Assembly (NCBI GenBank): GCA_053919585.1
Contig: CM132793.1
Source: Euprymna scolopes
Taxonomy: Eukaryota
DNA length: 64,000 nt
Strand: one strand, 5' to 3'
The notes beneath the pieces were generated by a model. It was not told the origin of the DNA, searched no databases, and saw nothing but the letters and a program-made list of their open reading frames with translations. The number at the start of each line of letters is the position of its first letter. Positions within the stretch are counted from its first letter, which is position 1. Position numbers and translations under genes: made by a program. Shown here piece by piece: positions 52,612 through 64,000 of this stretch.

Positions 52612-53453
52612 ACTGTAAATGTTTCCCGGCTTTGTCCGAACGTAAAATACGGTTAAATATGATATTCTGGTTTGTCCAGATTTCGTATCTATTATTATTG
52701 AATCGGGGTTTCCAAAGTAAAATAAAAAAAGTATTTGGTGCCAACATCTAGAATCAAAACCGAAATCAAAACTCTAGCTTAAAACTTGGTTACCTTACCA
52801 GTGCACAAATGTGACACGCATATAAGCTTGTTGAAATTACAAATAAAAAAAATAAGATAAATGTACAAAATATATAACGATTTTGTCTAATGTCGAAGCC
52901 TTTTCGTCCCCATAAAAATGTTTTAACCGAATAAAACCCATAAAAGACTTGCCCATGAAAGACAATAATTTGAGACCCCCCCAAGCGCTGCTCTGCGATT
53001 TTAGCTACCGTAGCAATAGAGTTTGAAAATATGGAAAAAGACTAGCGGACGGACGGGCAGACAAACAGTTTTTATATATTCGTTCATAGAGTCGTAATTT
53101 CAAAAGTTAAGAAAAGGTATCAGCTAGAATCGAAATCGAAAGGAAAACTGTAGCATTAACATGTAATGGCATTACTACTGCATTCACGTGAAACGCATAT
53201 GAGCTGATTAAAATTTAAAAATTAAAGATTAACTAAGATGAGTGTACAAAATGCATAAGGATTTTATCAATTTTTTACCCATGTTTCTTCCCTTAAAAAT
53301 ATTTTGCCCGGCTAAAGACCTATAAAAGAACGGCCCCTAAAAAAATCCAATCATTTGAGGCCCCTATCGCCGCTCTGCTACTTTTAGTTTCGGAGGAGAT
53401 AGTTTGGAAATATGCAAAAAGATAGACAGACACACGGCTTTTTATATATTAGA
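52612..53453 (-). mobile_element. Two tandem, diverged units of a second non-autonomous Helitron-like family
   Basis: 52715-53080 and 53100-53453 are colinear (ctagaatc-aaa-cgaaa, acgcata, tgtacaaaat, ctctgc-a-ttttag, gtttg-aaatatg, gacaga..ttttatatatt). The 5' A|TC is at 53453; the 3' end is degenerate. Confidence 0.6.
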
Positions 53454-56334
53454 TTTTATTGTTCTTTTTTCGCGACATTGTAACATTTATATCAGTGTTT
53501 CTGCATAATATTATTTTTTTTAAGTGTTGCTTATTTCATCGAATCACAAATTCTCTTGAATAATATCAGAGATTTAACTCCATGTAACCTGGTATGTATA
53601 CTTAAATTTTTTAAACTTTTTTTCTTCTTAATGTTACAATATTTTAAGTTATAAATTTATTATTTTTAGTAGAAACATTGTGACAGCCTTCTAATTATCT
53701 ACTACATACCTATGCCAAACAATGCTTCAAGCAAACTACATGTCAATCTTATTATTTTTTACTAGAATATCTTGCCCTTCTCTTTTCAGTTTGTACAACT
53801 AATCCTTTACTTTTCCATGGTTAAGCTTTACCATATTATTTTTCCTGCTCTCATTATTCTATAATATATACATGGTTAATTAAAATCGTGGAACTGATGC
53901 CAAGATATGTATATCAACATGTAATTACAGAGATTGTTTTAATTTACATAAACAAATTACAATGGATTATCAAAAATAGTCACTCATGTGTTTAATTCAT
54001 AATTAATAAACAAAGAAAGAAGAGAATATCAAAGAATATATCACCAAGGTAAATAGTGCGTTACGTGAGACATATTTCAGTGTATAAAATAGGAAAATGT
54101 CAAACTCTTCGGAAGTATAAAAATCGGATAAATGGCACATGAAAAATACCTTCTACTAAACGGTTTCTGTTTTGTTCGACTCGAATATTTCGAGTTACAC
54201 TATTGCTTCTATACCAAAATTATAGTAAGCACTAATGTTATATTGTTTACCTTTGCCAAGTAAATCATGTTCTGCAAAGTGAATGTAACAGGAACATTAA
54301 ATGGACCATAAATAAACAAATATTTCCATATATTAAAAACGTAATAATATATATAAACATTTACAAAAGCCTGATTTGGCATCACATAATCGAAAATGTG
54401 TTGATATATAATAATACTAGTATTAAATTCTGCAGAATGTGTGTACATTTTTACAATGAAGTCATAATTCATTAAATCCCGATTGCCACACGAGAATAGG
54501 TTATAATTAGGGTTAAAGGATAGCGTAGCAATCGTGATTAGTAAAAATTGGGTACCATTTTATTATTGAAGAGGACGACTCAGCAAGGACATGTTTACAT
54601 ATGACATCAGCACTGCCATATTTATTCAGCTGGAAAGCAAACCAGCAGAACAGAGTTCTTCAGGGGACCAGTTCAACGGAAAAGGTGTGTTCGTTGAATC
54701 CGTTTTAATATAGAGATATAATACTAATAATACTACAGATAGAGATTGAAGAGATTGTTGATCGTGATTTCAGCTAGTCGAGTGTTTTGTGAAGCTTTGG
54801 AAATGCAGAACCATAGATTTGACCAAGGAAAACACTTGCAATAAAATAAACGACAGAGCGGGGATTGGCTTGAAATTATTTGGAGATAAAAAGAGTATGA
54901 GAGGAATAGATTTAGGCAACCCCTATAAGGATTCGAAGCCGGTTTCGATCGCTGTCAAGACCGAATGCGCACCGAGCAGTTACTACAAAGATGTGACAGC
55001 TGTCCTCCATTTTAGGACGTGCTTCTTTCTTATACAGGTAGTGAGATATTCGCTGCAGCTGTAGAACGATTCAAACATTTTTCTGGCGATGATTGCCAAC
55101 TGTTTTAGTATTTGCAAGTTCGGACGCTTTTTGTGGATATATCCATTGCGGATTTATTGATTTTTCTACCGTAGGTTAAGTCAGGAGTTGTATGCATGAA
55201 ATACACGAACCAATCCCGGATTCTTTTTTTTCTGGGGTGGATCCATATATGCACTTATTTGTGCCTCGTGTTTTGAAACTATTTAAAATCCATAACTCAT
55301 CAATCTTTTCATGGAAGAAATGATATTCTAAGATGAGTCTTTATAACAATCAGAGTTGTAGAATGTAAAGACAAGTAACTTAACCATGTTATAGACAGAG
55401 TTATAATCTACCATGTGTAACGTTTGTATACCCATTCTTTTCTGTTTATTAGACTCCCCTATCCTTAACACTAGACTTAAACCTCATTTACTCTTTCGTC
55501 CTTCATCTATTAAATTTGGAGTTGTTGTTAAATGTGTTGTATTTATTATTGTACGAAATAATATTTAATTACGTTGGTTAGTTTATTATACTTCTTTGAA
55601 GTAGTGATTTTATAGAAAAATCTTATGGATAGTTGAAATAGTGTATATTTTAATATTTTCACTTTCACTAATCTGTTCCTCCTTCAATATTCTCAATATA
55701 GTAAACTTTACTGACATTAGTGAACGACCGATAAGACGTTTCTTTTGCATATAAGTTATATATTTATCAAGACACGTGCATGTACTTTTTTAATTATTTA
55801 TTAATTTATTTATTGAGACACAAGCTGTACAATATTATACGTATTGACTTATGCTTTAAAATTATCTGAGGAACTGGTATTCTTCTTTCATGTTCATGTT
55901 TAACAAGGCATATTGCTACTTAGATGTAAGAGGATACTATTTGCGATCGAGTCTAGCAGTTGTACTCAGGATATTTAATGAGCTAAATTTCTGTTAACAT
56001 AATATTTAAGCTTCTACAGTTTGGCATAATAACAAAACAGGAAAACAAAGAGAACCTTCGAAGTCTAGCAGATTGAAGGGTAATACTATTGGAATAGAAC
56101 ATTTACCGGTATTTAGAGACCCCATCATTGAAAGTGGCGTTTTTCCGTTGTCTGTGTAAACACAGTTATTACGGGTTCATCAGGGAAAATTCCATTAACT
56201 AACTCTAAAGCAAATGGTGTACTCTATTAATTTTATGAGTTATACTTGTTGTTTCTATATACAATTTAATCTATCATATAATTATGTTATATAAGCGTAA
56301 TATACCTAACAGAATCTGAACACCTCAACAATCT

Positions 56335-56870
56335 CATGTCCTTGAAATGACTTCTCCTGCCTTGATAGAGTTCAAAATAGACGGCGTCGCCTCGTAGGGT
56401 ATGCCCTTTTCTCTTCCCTGTAACCTCTTTCTCACAGAAGAGATGTTGCGAGTTTGTCTCTGCCTGACCGTTATTTTCATGGAAAGTGCTTGACTGAGCT
56501 CCAATCTATGGTCCCCCCTCTCCAAACTTTCACAAGTAACACCCGTGTAGCAGAAAACACTATCACTAATTTTCCCCACTCTTTATCTTTGCCTAAACCT
56601 AAACGTACATTCCATTATTTATTAGAACTGCACGTCTATGGCATTGTCTTCCGTTTTCCTGCTTTCCAGCTGACTACAATATGGTTGTCTTCAAGTCTAA
56701 CGCAAACAAATTTATGATGAACCATTCCATATAATTTAACAAATTTACCGGATTTCTATTACTAACCATTACTATATTGCCTAAGTTCTACTGTACACTC
56801 TTTAACTCTTATCCTCGAGTGACCTCTTGGCTTTGATAAGTGGTGATTGCTATGTAACAAAAAACAAAAC
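56335..56870 (+). mobile_element. 3' fragment of the CR1/L2-group LINE
   Basis: SCLDRVQNR, PLSHRRDVASLSLPDRYFHGKC; 3' UTR ttgataagtggtgattgctatgt followed by an A-rich tail. Confidence 0.85.
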
Positions 56871-59766
56871 AACCACTTTCTCCGCTACATAAACTACACA
56901 ATGTTTACCCTTTTCCAGAATTACTATGTGTTAGATAAGAATAAACCCATAACATACAAAAAAAGTTCTTCTATTCATTAGTGTCTTCATTTATAGTTTG
57001 GTTTTTAGGTCCCTATTCACAATTCAGTCATAGGTATCATCCCAAGGTTGATATTGTAGTTTAATAGTATCATCCTACAAGACTCTCACTAATCAGTTAT
57101 ATTCCATATTCGGTAGTTTCAATATAATTATCATTGTTAGCAATACTGTTAACAATACCACTATAATGTAATTGTAGTCGTATATGTTCATTTATACCCA
57201 GTAGTTTTTTGAATGTATAAATAGATTCGCTATAACACATCAGCATAAAATAAAAACTAAATACTAAAGAAACAATAACATAAAACGTATATGAACATTT
57301 AAACGTCCATAAAAAAAACATTTCTCCCTTAGAGGGGAACAATTTTCACTTTAGAAATACGAACAATGAATCACAAATTTCTTTCCATCTATGCTTCGTG
57401 CAGTTTCCTAAAATCTGTACAAATTTCTTGTTCTGTTTTTTTTTTCTTATACACATTTTTTGCACACTTTGTTCAAATAAACGCCAAATCGCACTTGCAC
57501 ATTTATTTATTAATTACAGTTTTTACTTCCGAGACAAGAACGACGGCTTGTGTTATCTTCTTTATTTACATTATTTTTTCTACTTTTTGATATTTCGTTT
57601 TGCGTCTTAGTATCTTTCTGTTTTTTGTTAAGCATGATTTTGTTGCCCTATTCAATAAATATATTAACAACTTAGACACAGTTTTGTGCGACACAACTCT
57701 CAGATGCAACCCGGGGACGCGAAAATCCTTCACATTTAGAAATCTAATTCTTTAGTATGTTAATATTCTGCTTTACTTTAAGGTATTATGTAATTGATAT
57801 TTTCATTACAACAATATATACATGTATATATACACATACATATATATATATATATATAATTTCGGTTATAAACTTTATTCTAAATGCTGCAATTGTGCTT
57901 ACTCAAATGTAATAACTAACATGTGTTTCACAAAATGAGATAATACTACTATAAATACGACTGTTACTATTACTAATGATATGATTACTAATAATAACAA
58001 CATTTGTCCGATGCTACACAGAATTACAAAACTGCCGTTAATGTTCAATGATTATTGGAAAACGGATGTGAAAGCGAACAAACCTGAAAAATAAAACGAT
58101 TAAATATACTTGAAACTTAAGGAACATAATTGACAGTAACACCCCAATAAAGATCAATAGAAGATTTTCCGAGACAATTTAGAAGGACATTTGCAAGGAA
58201 ATTTAAAGATGATGGAAAAATACGGAGAGTTGTAAGTCTTACACTAGAGGATGCCATATGCAATTGACCGTTTGAAATCTAAAACAACTTTTTTTTACAA
58301 TCTGTCACTCCAAATAAGGTATATAGCCACTCTAATGTAATGGGGTTCAATTTGGAATCCTTTCTAACAGACTATTGTGCTAATTTCAGATGGCAGGTAT
58401 CTTTTTACATATAATGTAAACTTGTATTGTAAGGTAACTAAGAAGACAGTGAATTCTGGATACTAGCCGTTTGAACAAATAAAATATTCGAACCAAAATT
58501 TAAGCGACATCTAATGATTGAAAAGTGGGAGTGAATTATGCTGTTTATCGGGTTATTAGAGAGGTTGTAAGTCGGGGCTGATGTACAATTATTCTTCATC
58601 CAAGTATATTCCGTTAAATTACATAGTACTTATGGCTCAAAGGTTGGTGTTTGGCGAATGGTATGGTACCTATAAAATGTGTAACTCTTTCTAGATCATT
58701 CTCTACGTAGGGCGACTAGTTGTAGATACATAACCCCAAATGCAGCGAAATAGTTAGTGCATTGGTCAACGATTGTAGAGAACAGAATCAACTTTGGATG
58801 ATTTTCTAGCACGATAGAGCAAGCCCCCAACTTTTTACTCGGCTGATCAAGGCCGTCAAAAGATGTGTTCAAATTTGTATTAACTCTGGATGTGTAGCTG
58901 AGCAATTTAAGAGATGAGCTCACGAGTAGAATGTCTTTTGTTTATTATCATAACAATCAGTGGTTTAGACAGATTTTTTAATTGTTGAAGTAGAAAAGCT
59001 TAGTCTTAGTAGCACTGATGTCAGCATTTCTGATATTTCTTTTCTTGTGTTTTTGCAATACACTTGAATATATCTGCATAATTGTTTTCCTTTTTCAACA
59101 CATGCACCTATTTTTGACATTATTTTAGCCGGGCCAATTTACTTAGGGAGTCATAACAATAGCTTATGAATAATGATTGCGGTCATTTAAAAACAATGAT
59201 CGAAATTCCTTTCAATGTTCACTTACAGTGACTTTATAAAACCTCAAATTATTAGTTAATGCTACTTTTTATCTACTACTAATAGTAGAAGTAGTACTAC
59301 TACAATAATTAGAATTATTATATTAAATCAACCTATAAATATCCACGCCCATTTATACTGTAATTGTGCTTGAGGACAGGTTGATGGGGTTATGACTTCC
59401 TCAATTTTCGTAATGAGAATATGTTTTTATCAAAATAAATCCGAAAGAAACCAAACCATGCTCAATAATGAACAGTTATTATGGGACAATTGCCTGTTAC
59501 AATAAACATGGATTGTAATAGTTGTAAATTAGAATAACTTGTATAATGTGATGTTATATTTCGATGATAATGATGATGATAGTGATGATGATGATGATGA
59601 TGGCAGAGTCGACAGTTTAGTTTAAGTCTTGTTATTAAAATATTACAATTACTCTTATTTCTTTTACTTGAACTCTCGTCAATGAAATAGATACATACGC
59701 AGCTGTTATAAAAATGTGTCGTGGTTCATTTTCTCTGCATATAAGTTTTTTTTTTTTTTAATGCAG

Positions 59767-59895
59767 ATTGACAAATATGACGATCGCGTGACGGGGTTGG
59801 CGGGTTGTCTGTCGAGAACTGTGTTGCTACCCAACTCTATTTTAGTTGTGTTGAGTTTAACTCTTTTCGCCGTCTCTTTTATATGGCATAAATAA
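59767..59895 (+). CDS. Candidate terminal exon (or 44-aa smORF from ATG 59761) ending in a hydrophobic GPI-signal-like tail; unverified
   Basis: A long T tract plus aatgcag| acceptor, then open frame IDKYDDRVTGLAGCLSRTVLLPNSILVVLSLTLFAVSFIWHK*. No homology recognised and no upstream exons found. Confidence 0.2.
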   Translation: MDKYDDRVTGLAGCLSRTVLLPNSILVVLSLTLFAVSFIWHK

Positions 59896-60652
59896 CGAGT
59901 CCGATCGTTATTATTTCGCAAGAATGTGGGCACTCACTTTAACGTCATTTTCCGGCTCTTCTAGCCTAGTGACCGATATTTTCGTTTGCTGTTCCTGCCA
60001 CGCGAATATTCTTCACATATGTCTGCTAAGAAAACGTGATGTCACTTTTCCGTGATATATCTGATAGAACGCTTAATTATAAACCTAAAGTAAGAAAGAT
60101 AATCCGACTTATTCTATTTAAACACTATCATTTACGGCATGTGAATATAATATACTATTTTTCTAAGCCAACACTAGTTATATTTAAAAAAAATATATCC
60201 CATATATCCGTAAACGGCATCAAGATTGTTTTTAAAAAGTGGGTTTAGTTCGAGGAAATCGGGAATCACTTGATAAGGTTATCATCAAGATTACAGAAAT
60301 ATATGTGTCCGACATTATTCGTTACAGGGGAAAGTCCACCATAGGTGAGCGAACACTTCTGACTGGGAAAATTGTCTCATAAAACAAAACAACATAGGTT
60401 ATTCCAATGGGCCGATATAGGTTAATAGATATGAATTTAAAAAAGCGTTGCTTAGAATTCGACCAACTGAAATAAAAATACAAATACATTCACGTTTTCT
60501 TTTAAATTTTGTATCAAATGTAATATAAATAGTCACGGGGTTGGACACATCTTTCTATTTTAGCCTCTCTGACTCTGTTTGCTTATAACGAATTACCCAC
60601 TTCCAGTTGTCTGATCTAGCTGATATTTGGATTGTGCAATGATTTATATCTC

Positions 60653-61850
60653 TACGGGTTATGTGGCAAATTCCAGCTATGAACTAATTGTGGTTTCTGT
60701 TTTACAGGTGGTTGAACAGAGTCCGGTGTGAAATTGAGCCTGTTACAGTCGAGCAGTGATCCGGTTTTTGTATTTGAAAGGACGCACACCGCAGGAGACT
60801 TTTGATGAAACGAAAGAAACTCATGGTGATAATGCCCCATCTTATGATCTTGTGAAACGCTGGCATCGTGAATTCAAACATTGCCGGGAGTATGTGGAAA
60901 CAGCTCCTAGACCTGGTCGCCCCATTCTACCATTGATGAGGCATCTGCCAGTCTAGTTGAGGCTGCCATTTTGGAAGATCGGCGCATTACTAATCGCCAA
61001 ATAGCCCATGATGCCAAGATTAGTACAGGGTCTGAGGAAAGAATCATTTATGACCATTTGCATATGCATAAGGTGTCTGCCAGATGGATTCCCAGGTTGC
61101 TCACACCATTCAAGAAGCAAGAGCGCGTCAAGTGCTCCAGGATGAATTTGGAGATGTGCCAAGAAGATGAGTCAAAGTTTTTCAAAAGACTTATTGCACA
61201 GTATGAAACCTGGGTTCATCACTATGATCCAGAGTTCAAAGCCCAGTCAATGCAGTGGAAGCACTTGGACCCACAACCTTCAAAACGGCAAGGGTGCAGA
61301 CCTCCGCTGGCAAGTTCATGCTCACAGTCTTCTGGGACCAGGACGGAGTAGTAATGAAAGATTTGCTGGTAAAGAGTACCACGATTACCGGAGCCTATTA
61401 TGCTTCACTTTTGAGGAAATTAAGGGAAGCTATCAAAATCAAGAGGCGAAGCAAGATCAGCAAATGTACCCTCTTCCTGCAGGGCAACGCTCCGGTCCAC
61501 AACGCGCATGCCGCCAGATCGGAAGCACGGACGTGTGGTTATGAAAATCCTCCCCCTCCTCCCTAATCCTGTGACCTTGAACCCTCTGACTTTCACCTCT
61601 TCACAGTCATGAAGTTGTTTTTTAAAGGACAGCGTTTCCCAGATGATGCAGCCTTGATTTCTGAAGTCACGTCGTGGTTGGAGGACCAACCTGGGGTTTT
61701 CTACAAAAAACGGTCTCCAGAGCTGCATCAAACGATGGGAGAATTGCATAACTCTGGGTGGTGCCTATGTAGAGAAAGACTGTGCCAAGTTTCGTTGCTC
61801 TACTGCTATAGAAATGTGCCAGGGGCATTATTTACTGTACGCCCATAGTA
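60653..61850 (+). mobile_element. Near-full-length mariner (DD34D, irritans-like) transposon, frameshifted
   Basis: IRFLYLKG..VKRWHREFK..PRPGRP (60756-), KVSARWIPRLLT..ETWVHHYDPE..QSMQW (60971-), SAGKFMLTVFWD..QGNAPVH (61255-), DLEPSDFHLF; ends ..cgcccatagTA. Confidence 0.92.
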
Positions 61851-62804
61851 TGCTATTTTCTTATGATTTTTATATTGTTATAAATAAAATGCCTGAATAG
61901 ATCCCTACCAAATGAATTTTCAATCAACATCCTGTGAACAGAAGGAACTCAGAATTTAAAATCTCCGAAGATATGTTGTTTATTCAGACTCAGTTAGCAG
62001 CGCAATATAAATAAAAAGAACAAAAACTAAGTATAATGTTCATAATCTTTACAAAAAGTAAGCCACGTAGTTTCCGCAGAAAATGCTAGAGCGCTGCACA
62101 TCATGGTTTAAAAATCATACCATAAAAGAATTCAGAGTAGATCGAAAATAAAAGTGCAGAGGAATAAGTCAGTGATTAACAAATAATACATTACGGCTAA
62201 ATAAATCAGTATGGGTGAGTTTTCAAGAATTAACTAAATCTAAATCTTACGATATGTTCTTAATTCATTTTTTAAGACTTAATTAGTTTAAACGCATCGT
62301 AATATAATGTCTCTAACTGCTGCAGTAAATATATCCGATGGTTCGCTTGAATTTGTTTCACTTTCTATTGCGCAAAATAAAATGCAATATGTCTATTCAT
62401 CCGACAAATCTAGTACAACACGTAAAAAAACTATATATTACTCTAAGATTGAAAAAAGATGCATGCACGAGCATATTTACTTAAGTGAGGAAATAACTTA
62501 TCGAGTTGTAAACAATTACAACTTTTGATTTTTTTATAATTTTCTTGTAATGAACAATTACACATTTCTTCACAGTTTCATCCATTCCATACCTATAATT
62601 GCTCCTCTTATATAGGCATCGCTCTTTTAATCCCTTTAGAGGATGAAAGAGGAACAATATTCAATTATCGCCCCATCATCCGTTTCCTTCTGATCATTAA
62701 TATCTTAAAATCTTTAATCCATCGAGCACTAGTGACTCGTCGGTAAATAATCAGATTTTTTTCTGACAAAACCTTGTACATACACGCACACAAATACACA
62801 CAAA

Positions 62805-62851
<47 letters not shown>

Positions 62852-62854
<3 letters not shown>

Positions 62855-63598
62855 GCACCGCCAAAACTGGGGGGGGGGGGCAGGTCAGTACTTTTTGACG
62901 GACCGTCTTTTTAAAAATCTACCAAAAATCAGGTAATTATCCGATCAATACGAAATTTTCAGCGATTATTAGGAGAAGAATGAACTTTATAACAGTGTAC
63001 TTATTTTTCATAAACGATATTTATATATATATTTTTTTTTTTGCTTACAACCCCCCCTTGTTTTGAAGTGGGAACAAATATGCTTAAAATAATCATCTGA
63101 GACTGAAATCAACATTGTGTTGTAAGGGACAGAATTATAGATTAAAAAAAAAAAAAAAAAATTGTTTGCATACCTTATTTTGACCTCTGAATATCAGAAC
63201 TTCGATTGTGTTTAATTATCCCGCTTTTGAGTTTTGAAGTGTGAAATTCGGTGAATATGTTAAGTAAAATAATTAATTTAAGTTAAGCAAAACAAAAAAA
63301 TTTTTTTTTAATATTTATACGAAAAAAGCTATTTTAAAATTGTTGATAAATAAATCAACAATTTTTTTTTAGCGAGCCGAATAATGCATGACCATTATTA
63401 AACAGGGCATGCTTTGAATAATCGATACAAAAAAACAAAAATTCGATAAATATTGTGCCCTTTGTGTTAAAAATAGCATCTTTTTTTTTCGATCCCGTTT
63501 GAAAACGTTTGCCGCCTTAGACTATGGTGGACCAAACGCGCTGAAATATTTTTTTTTTATTCTGCTTTAAATTGCCCCCCCCCATTTTGGGGAGTCTG
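62852..63598. mobile_element. Non-autonomous DNA transposon with ~30-bp G-rich imperfect TIRs
   Basis: Left taggcaccgccaaaact(g)nca versus the reverse complement of the right end, cagactccccaaaat(g)nca; non-coding interior. Confidence 0.55.
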
Positions 63599-64000
63599 GC
63601 CCCCACACACATACACATTAAAAACCAAACGCATACAAATGGTCACCCATCTGGTACTGGCCAGCCTCAGCTTAATAATACATTGAAATTTTCGTCACTG
63701 AAAAATAAGTTTTTTTTTGCCTGTTTGGTCTTCCATAGTTTGCTTTTTATCAGACGAAAACGTAAACAGAGTCGATCTGAACTCTACGTCAACGCGAATA
63801 TCTGGTTACCTATATGAATAAGTGGAATTATTTGAAATTCAAATACTTATATTATAATATTTTTGCATATTCTCTTAGAAAATCATCCTAAATCTTAGTT
63901 AGACAATAAATAAATTAATTAATTATTTCAAAAACCCTTTTTTTAATATTTAAGTACGTTTTTTGTGCAAGACAAACAATGTCAATTGTTAACTTTTTGG

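Noticed and set aside
54540-55250. Higher-GC stretch with ORF 54789-55064; likewise 58140-59130
   Set aside because: Probably old TE debris, but no motif was recognised well enough to classify it.
1-64000. CRISPR array, prokaryotic operon or defence system
   Set aside because: No regularly spaced repeat-spacer structure and no dense ORFs; the content is eukaryotic repeat-rich DNA.

Overview
AT-rich animal (invertebrate-like) genomic DNA from a draft assembly with four N-gaps. It reads as an intergenic or large-intron region. No intact protein-coding gene, rRNA, intact tRNA gene or CRISPR array is supported, and most ORFs in the track are translations of (TA)n/(TAA)n microsatellites or of decayed transposons. 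The window holds many degraded mobile elements: R4/Dong-type RLE non-LTR elements next to (TAA)n tracts, Penelope-like RT fragments and hammerhead-ribozyme-like relics, one RTE LINE, at least six copies of one CR1/L2-group LINE lineage, Tc1/mariner elements resembling four lineages (DD34E, DD34D, DD37D, DD41D), non-autonomous Helitrons, MITEs and tRNA-derived SINEs. The best observations are: (i) a Dong/R4-type element that keeps its 5' and 3' ends but lacks RT, set between two (TTA)n tracts (candidate short internally deleted element); (ii) a three-level nest, Penelope > RTE > CR1-like LINE; (iii) a ~260-bp palindrome with hammerhead-like cores in both arms; (iv) a rearranged Tc1 fragment splitting a LINE; (v) one low-confidence candidate terminal exon with a GPI-signal-like tail. 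All family assignments come from motif recognition by eye, and boundaries are approximate. I did not find a clearly new biological system; the candidates below need checking.
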